This document shows, piece after piece, positions 13,948 through 26,410 of a stretch of 64,000 bases of DNA (positions within the stretch are counted from its first letter, which is position 1; each line of letters starts with the position of its first letter). The notes under the pieces are model-generated. The model saw nothing but the letters and a program-made list of their open reading frames with translations, was not told where the DNA came from and did not search any database. The position numbers and the translations under genes were made by a program. The DNA lies in NCBI RefSeq assembly GCF_001194135.2, contig NC_068997.1, positions 57,037,124-57,101,123 on the forward strand. Direction: 5' to 3'. This DNA is from Octopus bimaculoides. Lineage: Eukaryota.

Positions 13948-14135
13948 GAGCTGGGAGGATGGTTAGCATGCCGGACAAAATGCATAGCGGTATTTCACTC
14001 GTCTTTAGGTTCATGTTCTGAGGTGAGGTCAACTTTTTGGGATCGATAAAAAAACGTTCCGGTCAAACACTGCAGTCGATGCGAACTACTGAAATCCCTC
14101 CCTCGAAATTGTGGGCCTTGTGCCAAAATTTAGAA
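13948..14135 (+). mobile_element. SINE family A, degenerate copy
   Basis: ggttagcatgccggacaaaatgcatagcggtatttc...gggccttgtgccaaaatt matches the family A head and tail. Confidence 0.8.
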
Positions 14136-14304
14136 TCTTCATTCTATATTCTGTTGTTTATAAAATGATGCGGATAAACTGGTGGGTATGAGAAAACTAT
14201 GGCAAAAGAAAATTAGAATGAGTATATGTGTGTGTATATGTGTGTGTGTGTGTATATATGTGAGTGTGTGTCTGTTTGTTTGTGTCTATGTGTGTGTGTG
14301 AGTA

Positions 14305-14460
14305 CAAGCACGTGGCTTAGTGTGCTGCAATCAAGATCTCAAGATTGTAGTTTCATCTCCTGGGCTGGAGGATACATTGTGTTCACAGTATTTCCCATTG
14401 TTCTAATACACTCAGGTGAAAAGAAAAAAGAAAAGAGTCCTTCTGCAACTGACGGGTGTC
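14305..14460 (+). mobile_element. SINE family B, highly degenerate copy
   Basis: cacgtggcttagtg head and loosely similar downstream sequence to 31040-31190. Confidence 0.45.
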
Positions 14461-16639
14461 TCGTCTAGTGAGGGAGGGAGGGAGAATATATACTTCTCCG
14501 AAACTGATCATCATGTGTGCGCGTATATATTCATATATCTGGGTGAGTGGTGCTTATGGAGGAAAGAGTGTTTGTCAGCTTATGTTGAACTTTTGTTGGT
14601 TGAAGAGCCTATGGAAGATTTAACCTGGAAGGAAGTAGAAATTACAGCTCTGGGATCAAATCATTATTTTGTTTCAATAAAGTATATTGGTGCTGACATA
14701 GAGAAGCTGTTTAAGAAAGACTGGTGTATTTTTTTTTTTATTTTGGTGTGAGTGTGTGCATGTGTAGTAACTAATATTTATAGGTAGTGAGAGCCAAGGC
14801 GCACACAACACAACACGTTCACATTTCCAATATCAAATCACACCATATCTTAACTTATTTACTATAACTACTTGTTTGTCATTTATTGATTTATGTTCAA
14901 CTAGATTAAGGTCTATCTTTTAACCAATTCGCTGAAATGACACTGCCGATATACATACACACGCATACACATATTTGCATTTGTACGTGCAGGTATATTT
15001 CCTGTATACATATATATGCTCCACACACACACACACACATATTATATAAGTATATATATATATATATATATATATGACAATTCACTAAATATTAGTTGTC
15101 TTATGCTAAAACTTTTCTTTATCAATATTTTTCTAAAACTGTTATTAGTATTTATGCCTGAGAAACAGTGGGTGGGGATAGATTATTTAACAATCATATT
15201 CCTGACACCAGAAGTCCCTTAATATCTTTTGTGGCTCCAAATATATTTTGATAAAATAATAGAATGCCCAATTACATCCCTGGGGGGGCAATTACTGAGT
15301 CAGTCAACGATGCGTTTAGAAAGACACAATAAAATGATGTCAGTAATAGAGTATAACAACATTTCACAAGATTCTAAAACTGTATTTACTGGGAGAAAAC
15401 AGTAATGAATGTTGGCATTAAAACAGATCACATTAACAGAAATTAATCCAATTTGGAGTTAGTCTTTGGCATCTTCCTCACCAAGCAATTAATCGAATTT
15501 AGAAATTGCTAAGAAATATTTATTCAAGTCAGGCAAGGGATAGGTAAAGAAAAGTGTGTCTATACGGTACAGTAATAGAATGGAATTGTTCTATATTTCT
15601 GTTTCGTCAAGTTCTGCTTCACTTGATGCAAGGAAGTTAGGACAAAAGTCTGAAAATCAATTTACCATTCAGGTATTGTTCACATTTGGTTTATCTAAAT
15701 CTTCCATGAAATAGAATTAAATATTTATTTGCTTCTATCTGTTGTCAACAACAGAAATATATATTAGTTGATTGCTAGGAAGTTATGTAAATTATACTTG
15801 TCAAGATTTAGTAAGAAGAGGCAGTTTGCTCAATTTAACAAGAGGTAAAGTAAAAGTGAAATACGGAAGGAAAATTTAATTTTGATTTAAGATGACAATA
15901 AGCCAGAGGGGAAGAAGACGATTATAATGAATACCTTATAAAGATATTGACACAGAAACATCAATTTAGAATTAAGTGGTACAAAATATAACATACCGTT
16001 AACGGTACTTTGTTTAGAAGCTTCAACCAAGATAAATATATATATCATCGATATATGTCGTGTCTAAATTGCCGATTGTGATGTTATGTATCTGCAAGGC
16101 TGTTATCAATTATGCACCTTACCACGGCATATATAATCTTTCTGTGTCATAAGAAGAATCCTAGCTTTTTCATATATATTCTTATGAGATAAATGGCTTC
16201 AGGACAATAAATGTAGAATAATAATTTACTTATGTAGTTTGACAAGTGGGTTACGACTAAATAATTGGTTGGTTATTCTAAATAGCTCAGCTCGTGTAAG
16301 TTCTCAGACTGACAGAGCAGTGAAGCAATAAGCTGAATTACAAAGAATAAAAGAATACTGAGCGTTAACATATTATCATCATTATTATTATTATTAATAA
16401 TAATAATTATTATTATTATTATGAAATCCAACCTAAATGCCTAAAATTTTATTAAAGCAAACGTAAACAGTCTGTATATGAAACGAAAGAATGGTGACAG
16501 AGGACTAATTAGTCTAGACCATTGTATAAGGAGTGAAACGAGAACGCTTGCCGAGTATTTGATAAATAGTGATGAGACCCGCACATGCATTATAACCACA
16601 TATGCGCGACATAGTGATCTCATATCAAGATAAACAGTG

Positions 16640-17017
16640 CATGACTTGCAGTTGGGGCCTAGTTAGAATTTTCGTCCAGTTGAAAGGTCCCTGAATAAGG
16701 GTTGTTTAACGACGTTGAACAAAACACCCTTGTTTCCAAAGGTGAATTATCCAAACCCAAAAGAATTCCCCTGGACACATGGTCACGAAGCTCCCCCACT
16801 ACTTCTGCTCGTGATCAGAGATGCACATAGCGTTAGGCACAAAGGTACATGCTCAACTGGTTAAGGTCAACCAACTGACAAGCACATCTGTGGTATTGAG
16901 CAGAATATTTGCTGTAAGCCCATCTTTTATACCAAGACAAAATAATGTACATTATAACATTTCCAATCACTTAAGATCAGAAGCCATGAGAGTCAATGCC
17001 TGATACTGCATCAAGGC

Positions 17018-17048
<31 letters not shown>
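16640..17048 (+). mobile_element. 3' end of a non-LTR retroposon with (TTA)n tail
   Basis: Higher-GC ~380-bp block ending ...gatactgcatcaaggcat + (tta)n. It resembles an abundant octopus repeat as I recall it; single copy in this window, clade not determined. Confidence 0.55.
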
Positions 17049-17050
<2 letters not shown>

Positions 17051-17246
17051 GGTAGCGTGCTGGCAGAATCGTTAGCATGCCGGACACGTCCGTCTTTACG
17101 TTCTGAGACTAAATTCCACCAACGTCAACTTTGCCCTTCTTTTTCTCGGGGTTGATGAAATAAGTACCAGTTGAGTACTTCTGTCGATGTAACCGACTTA
17201 ACCCCTCCCCCAAAATTGCTGGTCTTGTGCCTAAATTTGAAATAAT
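17049..17246 (+). mobile_element. SINE family A copy
   Basis: gctggcagaatcgttagcatgccggac...aactttgcc...ctcggggttgatgaaataagtaccagttgagtac...cccctcccccaaaatt...cttgtgcctaaatttgaaa. Confidence 0.9.
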
Positions 17247-18822
17247 CGTTGCTGTCGTTGTTGTTATTGTTGCTGTGGTTCCGATGGTGGTGCTGACTGC
17301 TTTTTACTTCCGCTGTTTTCGTTGTTGTCGCTCATTTTCCCTGCCTCACTGCCTCTTTGCCAGAGCTTAATATCAATTATGCCCATTTATGCTTTGCAAT
17401 AATACGGGGCTGCATCTGTCCCCTTAACTAATCCCTACCTACCATGAATAATCACACCCAACTATTCAATATTTCGTTTTAGATAATCAATAACGTTTTC
17501 AATGATAGAATTTTTTTGAAGAAAGAAATAATAAACTGCGATAATCAAATATGCCACCTACCCTTTGGTATTTTCTCATCAGAAAGAGAATTAGATTTTG
17601 ACGACGGCAGCCGATAATTAGATCACAGCAGTGGAAAGTTCATCTGCACCAACATATTGGCTGGGGTCATTTGTATTATATTTTAATTGTATGTGTGTGT
17701 GGGAGAGGGAGTAAGAGAGAAAAAGTGTGTGTGTGTACGCTGTGACAGTAGTAAAGGCGGAATTGGTAAATAATGAAATTGCCTTAGTATCATAACAAAT
17801 AAACTTAATAACGAAACAGATAACAGAGTTGCCGTCTTGATTCTCCCAACCGAAGAACAGAAATGTTAAAAGCCAACTATTTCTTGAAAATGAATTAAAC
17901 TAAACAAATTGGGAAAGGAATAAAAACATAACGAAAGAAAGGATGAGAGAAAAAAAAGAAGGAAAAGGCGTAAGAATAATAGCGGAGACTAAAAGTAGAA
18001 TGTAAGCCATTGAAGAAATATTCTTGTAATCATATTTGTTTGAATAAAATGGTAGTTAATAGCAAAAGGTCAGAGCTTAAAATATGAACCATTTTGGAAT
18101 TACTACAGAAGGCAAGCTGAATGTAAATAGAGTCTAAAAGATATTAGATTGTGGAAGCTTCTGGTTATATTACAGCATACAAATGACCCTAAACAGAGCT
18201 AATCTTTAGAATCATATCAACTTTGTTGCTGCACTGCAACAACTGATGGTCAAATCTCGAACTAAGTTTTGTAGTAGATGTGTTCAGTAGAAATTATGAA
18301 TGAACATTGCAGTCTTCTGTATATTTTAAAACAGTGTCCCTGAATACATGCATTGCCTACTTAGAAATAGGAGACAGTTCGTGTATTTATTATTACACAG
18401 AAAATACAGCTCCTTCACGAAAACCATCAACTTTTTGCTGTTATCGTTTATATTGTTTTCATTGTTGTCGTCGTCGTAATTTTCGCTACTTTCTTTTTTT
18501 TTTTTTTTTGGTTGGTTTAACTGGAAGTCGAGCGATGTCTTGCAGTCCCCTCATTACCGGCGTGGTCATTCCTTACGATTACCTGACATTAAAATAGTTA
18601 TGTACAGCTATATTTAAGATATTGGAGGGAGATTTGAGGGATATGATGGCAACTATTTCTATTAGTCTCCAGTCACGTGGCACCGATATTCAATATTAGT
18701 TGCACAAATTGTCAACTTGAAAAGAAAATAGAATTTTAAATATATTCAAAAACGAACACGAAGGAGAGAAGAGAATAGGAAAAACAAACGATTGATCAGA
18801 ACCATATGTATATAACGTTATA

Positions 18823-18910
<88 letters not shown>

Positions 18911-19148
18911 NNNNNNNNNNNNNNNNNNNNNNNNNNNNNNNNNNNNNNNNNNNNNNNNNNNNNNNNNNNNNNNNNNNNNNNNNNNNNNNNNNNNNNNNNN
19001 NNNNNNNNNNNNNNNNNNNNNNNNNNNNNNNNNNNNNNNNNNNNNNNNNNNNNNNNNNNNNNNNNNNNNNNNNNNNNNNNNNNNNNNNNNNNNNNNNNNN
19101 NNNNNNNNNNNNNNNNNNNNNNNNNNNNNNNNNNNNNNNNNNNNNNNN

Positions 19149-19200
<52 letters not shown>

Positions 19201-19436
19201 GTATTTAAATATATATATAATTTGGACAGATCCAAAATTCCTTAGCGTTCTCATGTCATATTTTGTCGATCATCTTAGAATGCAAGCATTGATTCAAATC
19301 AAAGATTTCAGGCAGATTTTCATGTGACATAATGCAAAGAGTATCGAGTATTTCTTGGTTAGAAAACGGAATGTATTCCTTCCGTTTTATAGCGATTTTT
19401 ATTCTCACATTCTCATATATACATTCTAGCCGATAT

Positions 19437-19572
19437 ATATGTATGTATGTATGTATGCATGCATGTATGTATCTATGTATGCATGCATGTATGTATGTAT
19501 GCATGTATGTATCTATGTATGCATGTATGTATGCATGCATGTATGTATGTATGCATGCATGTATGTATGTAT
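19437..19572. repeat. Compound (ATGT)n/(GCAT)n microsatellite
   Basis: Direct reading; source of the MYVCMH ORFs. Confidence 0.95.
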
Positions 19573-19822
19573 GTGCACACCTTTGAATGCAGTGTATGCC
19601 AGAAGGTTTGCAAATCCAACGGAGGCCTCAAAAGACATTTTAAGATCCACAAAGAGCAGAGCTTATCTGCAACTCTTGGTGGTCCAAATCGGAGGTGCAA
19701 TCTATTTGGGTGTCTTTTCAGAAAATTGTCTGGTTTAAAAAGCCCCATCAGATGCCATGATGGTGCTAAGGTGTAAGTACAGAAGGTGGTCAAACTCTGC
19801 ATAAGGTGGAGACAACCACCAT
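19573..19822 (+). mobile_element. LINE-like 3' terminus encoding one intact and one degenerate C2H2 zinc finger (probably RTE-type)
   Basis: HTFECSVCQKVCKSNGGLKRHFKIH...RCNLFGCLFRKLSGLKSPIRCHDGAKV* (stop at 19774-19776), then a ~45-bp UTR and a TA-rich tail. No TGEKP linker. RTE ORF2 proteins commonly end in C2H2-like fingers. Confidence 0.6.
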
Positions 19823-20956
19823 AAATATATATATAAACATAATTAAGGGATCAGCAAATATTTGCTTCACCATATATCGAAGTTCAGAAATAGCTTTTTT
19901 AGCTGCTATTTCTGAACTTCGGTATATGGTGAAGCAAATATTTGCTGATCCCTTAATTATGTTTATAAATATATATATGAGCTTTTAAATAAGTTCTCCA
20001 CCANNNNNNNNNNNNNNNNNNNNNNNNNNNNNNNNNNNNNNNNNNNNNNNNNNNNNNNNNNNNNNNNNNNNNNNNNNNNNNNNNNNNNNNNNNNNNNNNN
20101 NNNNNNNNNNNNNNNNNNNNNNNNNNNNNNNNNNNNNNNNNNNNNNNNNNNNNNNNNNNNNNNNNNNNNNNNNNNNNNNNNNNNNNNNNNNNNNNNNNNN
20201 NNNNNNNNNNNNNNNNNNNNNNNNNNNNNNNNNNNNNNNNNNNNNNNNNNNNNNNNNNNNNNNNNNNNNNNNNNNNNNNNNNNNNNNNNNNNNNNNNNNN
20301 NNNNNNNNNNNNNNNNNNNNNNNNNNNNNNNNNNNNNNNNNNNNNNNNNNNNNNNNNNNNNNNNNNNNNNNNNNNNNNNNNNNNNNNNNNNNNNNNNNNN
20401 NNNNNNNNNNNNNNNNNNNNNNNNNNNNNNNNNNNNNNNNNNNNNNNNNNNNNNNNNNNNNNNNNNNNNNNNNNNNNNNNNNNNNNNNNNNNNNNNNNNN
20501 NNNNNNNNNNNNNNNNNNNNNNNNNNNNNNNNNNNNNNNNNNNNNNNNNNNNNNNNNNNNNNNNNNNNNNNNNNNNNNNNNNNNNNNNNNNNNNNNNNNN
20601 NNNNNNNNNNNNNNNNNNNNNNNNNNNNNNNNNNNNNNNNNNNNNNNNNNNNNNNNNNNNNNNNNNNNNNNNNNNNNNNNNNNNNNNNNNNNNNNNNNNN
20701 NNNNNNNNNNNNNNNNNNNNNNNNNNNNNNNNNNNNNNNNNNNNNNNNNNNNNNNNNNNNNNNNNNNNNNNNNNNNNNNNNNNNNNNNNNNNNNNNNNNN
20801 NNNNNNNNNNNNNNNNNNNNNNNNNNNNNNNNNNNNNNNNNNNNNNNNNNNNNNNNNNNNNNNNNNNNNNNNNNNNNNNNNNNGAATCTATCTATAGATA
20901 GATATATAATACTTATACATATATATATTTATGCATATGTAAAGTATGGATATTGT

Positions 20957-21002
<46 letters not shown>

Positions 21003-21268
21003 GGTGTATGTGCGTGTGTACATATAGATACATACATAAATGCATAAAATACACAAGTAACGTGAAGTGGGGTTAAACAAATGAAAGATAAATGTGAAGG
21101 TGGATAAGCTAATAATGAGAGGGAAAAGCGACGTGTAGAATAATATAAGGAAACATGACGGGACTATAATAAAAGAAATACGTGACTGTGTGCGCAATAG
21201 TGCATGTAGGAGGAATAATCTATCAGAATCGTGCTTTAAAACATACATACATGTGTATATGTGTGTGA

Positions 21269-21299
<31 letters not shown>

Positions 21300-22057
21300 N
21301 NNNNNNNNNATACAATACAAATTTAGTGAGCATAAAAAGCCAGCCTTAAGCCAGAAAAGATGATGAATGTATTTCCCTGTATAAATCCCATATAATTGCT
21401 TTGTCCAGTGGAATTATTGCAGTTTCACTTCTGAAAATAATTCTGACATTCTGCATATTTGATTTGATTTGAAACGATTTGGGCATGTGAATATAAAGTT
21501 GTACTAACCGCTCATCTGTTACAAATGATATCCATGCAGTCATTTTGATATCACTCATGGCAACACACTTAAATATCTGTGCCTCACTTCACCCAGCTGC
21601 ATAGAATCTATACAAGAATTAGCAATATTTAATATTTACAAATTACAACCTGATATCTTATGGAACCGGACACATTTCGTGTATTTATTGCTAAATTATA
21701 CACTCTTCCAAAGTCAGTGGAGATAAAGTGCTAAATACCCGTTGGTGGATAACTTTGATCGGAATCGTCAACATAATTGACAACACATGTTACATTTACA
21801 TGAAATAAATTGAATATTATTACGAGGAAATGTATGACACATAGAAACAGGCTTCATGTTAGGTTGTAAGAGATTCACTTACTGCTCATACCAATTGGCA
21901 TTTTTATGTATCTGAAGGTCAAGCTAAGAGTAAGGGAGAGAACGACTTCACTTAATGAAATATATAAGTGAAAACATTCTTCCGTAGTTTGAAGAAACCT
22001 AAGCCACAACATCGACATTCATAAATTGCTGCTACTATACTTCCATTGTATTCGAAG

Positions 22058-22113
<56 letters not shown>

Positions 22114-22116
<3 letters not shown>

Positions 22117-22463
22117 AACTTGGAAGGGTAAAGACAGCTTTCGATCATGAATGACCATGGAATTGCACCTAAAAAGTTTCCCTCTAAGACACAAGTACAC
22201 AGAAGGTTGTTTATGGAAGACCAGCAGTCGACCATGCATAGCAGCCACCCTCTCCACACCACCGCTGTTATCCAAGGGAAAGGAGAAGGCCAATACAGTT
22301 TGGCACCAGTGACGTCGCAACTCGTTTCTACTGCTCAGTGCTGTTGAGGAACGTGAAATAAAGTGTTTTGCTCAAGATCACATCACACAGTCCGGTCCGG
22401 TCACGGTATCGAACACACCACCTCACCATTGTGAGCCCGAAGCCCTAAGCACTGAGCCATGTG
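22114..22463 (-). mobile_element. SINE family B copy (tRNA-derived head), tail variant 1
   Basis: Reverse complement: tggctcagtgcttaggg (A-box)...gtgttcgatacc (B-box)...gtgatcttgagcaaaacactttatttcacgtt, ending in (TA)n. Confidence 0.85.
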
Positions 22464-22532
22464 ACGTCACTTCATATCTTTGCACACACACACACACACA
22501 CATGCACGTTTGCATGCTTATTTATGTACATA

Positions 22533-22850
22533 TATTGGGTTGGCAAGAAAGTAATTCCGGTTGAGCGACTTAAGTCAGCGCTAGAAGAAAAACGACCATC
22601 TTTGGTTTCAAAACGGAAGGTGTTCTTCCATCAGGATAATGCTTGGCCACATACAGCGAAGGTTACATTACAAAGGCTGGAGCAGTTTCAATAGGAAACG
22701 ATGCTCCACCCACCATATTCACTGGACACTGCCCCATCTGATTGTCATTTATTCCGTAATCTTTAAAATCATTTGGACGAAAAGAGAATAAATTCTGTAG
22801 ACGTGGTCAGAACAGATGGAAGAGCACAGTAGAAAATGCAGGAAACGTTT
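22533..22850 (+). mobile_element. Internally deleted mariner (Tc1/mariner) remnant
   Basis: TA + TTGGGTTGGCAAGAAAGTAATTCCGG (Hsmar1/mellifera-like ITR), then ERLKSALEEKRPSLVSKRKVFFHQDNAWPHTAKVTLQRLEQFQ*ETMLHPPYSLDTAPSDCHLFRNL*NHL and later RWKSTVENAGNV*. These match mariner motifs HDNARPH and HPPYSPDLAPSD. Confidence 0.92.
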
Positions 22851-22919
22851 GACAAATTGGCTGCATATGTTGAGCTACACACACAGAAGTCCATCCACAC
22901 ACACACACACACACACATC

Positions 22920-22960
<41 letters not shown>

Positions 22961-23182
22961 CGTGTGTACTTCCCCTTCTTATATGTATACCAGCTACATA
23001 GCAAACATTTTACATCTATTTCTACACTTTACTTTCCAAAGATATGAACTTTATATATGGACACGGATTCAACCTGCAATACACCAATGATATGCATAGA
23101 AACTTAGATATGAATAACTTAGAACAAATTATGCATGCATAAAATATACTTGTGTTTATTACATTAAACAGCAGCTGTTACA

Positions 23183-23226
<44 letters not shown>

Positions 23227-24434
23227 TAAGGATGCAATGATATACTTTATGTTTGCAATATAAACAGTACCGTGTAAACAATAGAAGACATAGTCTGGTG
23301 TCAAATTGCTGACAGGTACTTGAAATGAAATTTACTGAATTTGAAAGAAAACAAGAAAATCAAAAGAAAAATAAATCTTGAAAAGGTGTAAAATATTTTT
23401 GAGAGATTTTAATGAACAAGCAAGTTGAAGAGATGATCAAAAGATTAAGTCTTGTAATCATCTCGTCCAAAAGAACAAGGAAAACACCGCAACTAATATA
23501 CATATAAGAATACTTAAGAAACAATAAAGTCTCGTGGTAATTCATCACCAATAATCTACAAGTTAATAGTCTAAATTTTAAATAACAATAAAGGCGAAAC
23601 ATTTAGAAAAGAAAACTAAAGAACATTACACTGTAAAATAAATAACCAAAGACAGTAAATAAATAAAGAATATTGGTATTATCGATTTGATTATAATTTA
23701 GTGTAAAGATAAATTATATCAATATTTTTGTAATATTTGATCAGCGAAAAATATAAAAAATGTAAAAATCGTCAAACAATTCGGAAAATCAAAGAATGTG
23801 GCAGCATTAAAATTTAGGAGACGGCATTAAAATAATTTGAGTCATTTTATTAAAAGATTTCGCCTTCGTTGTCAAAATAAATGTTTTTTTTTCTTTTTTT
23901 TTTTAAGAATGACATTTTGAAAGATGTGTATACTTAAATGAAACATTTTCATTTGATAGAAAATTAAGAGCAAATAATGACCGACTCTCGAACATTTGAC
24001 CTTTAATATGAGAAACTCCATTAACTCATAATAAATCATACCATCTAGGGGCTGTGTGAAATTCTTTCATCTAAATGTTGATTTATTCCTTCTTGTTTTA
24101 AAAATATTCGTAATTTAAAAGCAGTTATATAGTTTAATTTTTCTGTGATAACACTGTTAATGTAGTTATTATACTGTCGGAATAGTGCTAACATGGAACC
24201 CGGGGCAGATATGTAAATATAGTATGGGAAAATATACTGTATGTGCGAGGGCATTTACTGCAATGGCGCTACATTTATTTAATAAATTTCTTTGACGAGA
24301 AAAAGTATTTCACCGAGAAAAATTAACTGGCTTCAGAATCAATAAAAAGAGCAGCTGACTATTTTATAAATGATTTCGTCCAAAATTGTATTTTGTACAA
24401 CTTTGCTGTGTAGAAGGGAAAAACAGAGACAGAA

Positions 24435-24495
<61 letters not shown>

Positions 24496-25170
24496 GGAAA
24501 GTAATTGAATAAGGCTATTGTAGTTCTTCCTCCTATTTTGCCCTTTGGTAGCGTTCAGCGTTAGCAACAACATTGGGCATCATAGTAGAGATGGTGACAG
24601 CGGAAGTGAATTATGTTAAATATCTGAGTTCTTCCCCTTGTCTCCCCGTAAAACACATTTTTATTAACACTGTTTCTTCTTACAGTTGTAATATTTATTT
24701 ACGAATATTCATAATCACTCCTCTACAGTAATAATATAACAATGTAGTTCGTTATATCATTAGTTAATGGACTATATTTACAATTATATTCTATAACTTA
24801 TTGTACAACAGTTCAATGTTTCCTACGAAACAACTAAAGTGGCGTGTCAGAGTGTAAGTGTAGTTACTGGAAGTAAAAGAGAATTCTGATGGTGGCATAG
24901 TTTAGATACATATCGTAGGTGTTAGACAAGATGTATTAATCGAATTAGTGAAAACATTAGACTGGTGACATAAAGGTTAGGATGATTTTGTGATAGATTG
25001 GACGTGTCTATCAGACTATCAATGACTGTACATCAATTTTTGTGACGTTTGTGGTGTTTAGATAAATGAAGACGGAGCTTAGGTATCAGTAGGAGGAAAT
25101 AATTAGCTAAACGATACAAATGCACACATAAGCTATATACATATATACATATATACATGTACATACTTAC

Positions 25171-25243
<73 letters not shown>

Positions 25244-25360
25244 TTTATGTGTATGTACAGATGTCACTGTGAGAGTATTTACAAATATATGTAGTATACA
25301 AATGCATTTATCTATACATGAATATGATATATATGCAAACACATAATCTCTCTCTCTCTC

Positions 25361-25404
<44 letters not shown>

Positions 25405-25942
25405 TATTTATATGTATATATATTTCTATATAGTCATGTGTCTATATTTATATATATATATGTGTGTGTATATATCTATATGTATATATATGTGTGTGTG
25501 TGTGTATATATATATTTATATATATATGTGTGTGTGTGTATATTTATATGTATATATACATATATACACACACTCACACACATAGATATATAGATGACGG
25601 CTGAAAGATTGAAAAGTACATCAGGACAGAACAGAAGTCTTAGAATTTGATCGCAATTTATATCGTAATCCATTATTTCTTCACTCTCCTAACTTTCTTC
25701 TTTTCCATTTACAGTAATTTTATGCCATTCCATTAAATGGTAATTGATTTATAGACGTCCAACTATATACAATAACACTGTGTGTAGCAAAATCTCATAT
25801 TGCACACACACACATATATATGCACACACTCATACACATATGCATATATATTGTGAAAGGTGAGTGGCCGAGTGTTTAGTGTGTTGCACTCAAAGTCGTT
25901 GTGTACTTGTGCCAAACATTACATAAACATAATTATATTGAC

Positions 25943-26157
25943 GGGTGCGGATAAGCCTAACCAACACGGTAGAAATTAACCCCAAATGGCTTTAAAAGCC
26001 ACATCTACAATCCATTAATTAGCACAGGTTGAAAGCGACCAGAAATTTTTTAAACATTTTTATTTATTCATCTGTTGACTTTAAACCTGTGCTAGATGGG
26101 ATTTTTAGAACCATTTGGCGTCTATTTCTAGCTTTTTGGTGGAGTTTATCCACACCC
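25943..26157. mobile_element. MITE-like element with diverged ~85-100 bp terminal inverted repeats
   Basis: Left GGGTGCGGATAAGCCTAACC..TAGAAAT..CCAAATGG..CATCTA..GCACAGGTT.AAAG aligns with the reverse complement of the right end (GGGTGTGGATAAACTCCACC..TAGAAAT..CCAAATGG..CATCTAGCACAGGTTTAAAG). Confidence 0.75.
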
Positions 26158-26169
26158 TTTAATACAATC

Positions 26170-26242
<73 letters not shown>

Positions 26243-26261
26243 TGTGTGTGTGTGTGTGGTT

Positions 26262-26410
26262 GGAATTTACAGAAAAACAAAAGACGAAGACAGGTGTGTA
26301 AACAACAAACAGGTTTATTAGTTTAACGCTCGGGAAGCTGAGAAAGTCTTTTACGTTTCGACCCAACGCTCTTCAACAGAAAGGAACACGAGAAAATAAA
26401 CAGAGAGAAT
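26262..26410 (-). mobile_element. Penelope-like terminal-repeat fragment, copy 2 (may extend to ~26940)
   Basis: Similar to 13383-13520; also directly follows a dinucleotide microsatellite. Confidence 0.55.

Noticed and set aside
21871-21920. Minus-strand micro-exon candidate (cttcAG...GCA/gtaagt; IHKNANWYE or YIKMPIGMS)
   Set aside because: Too short, no recognisable homology.
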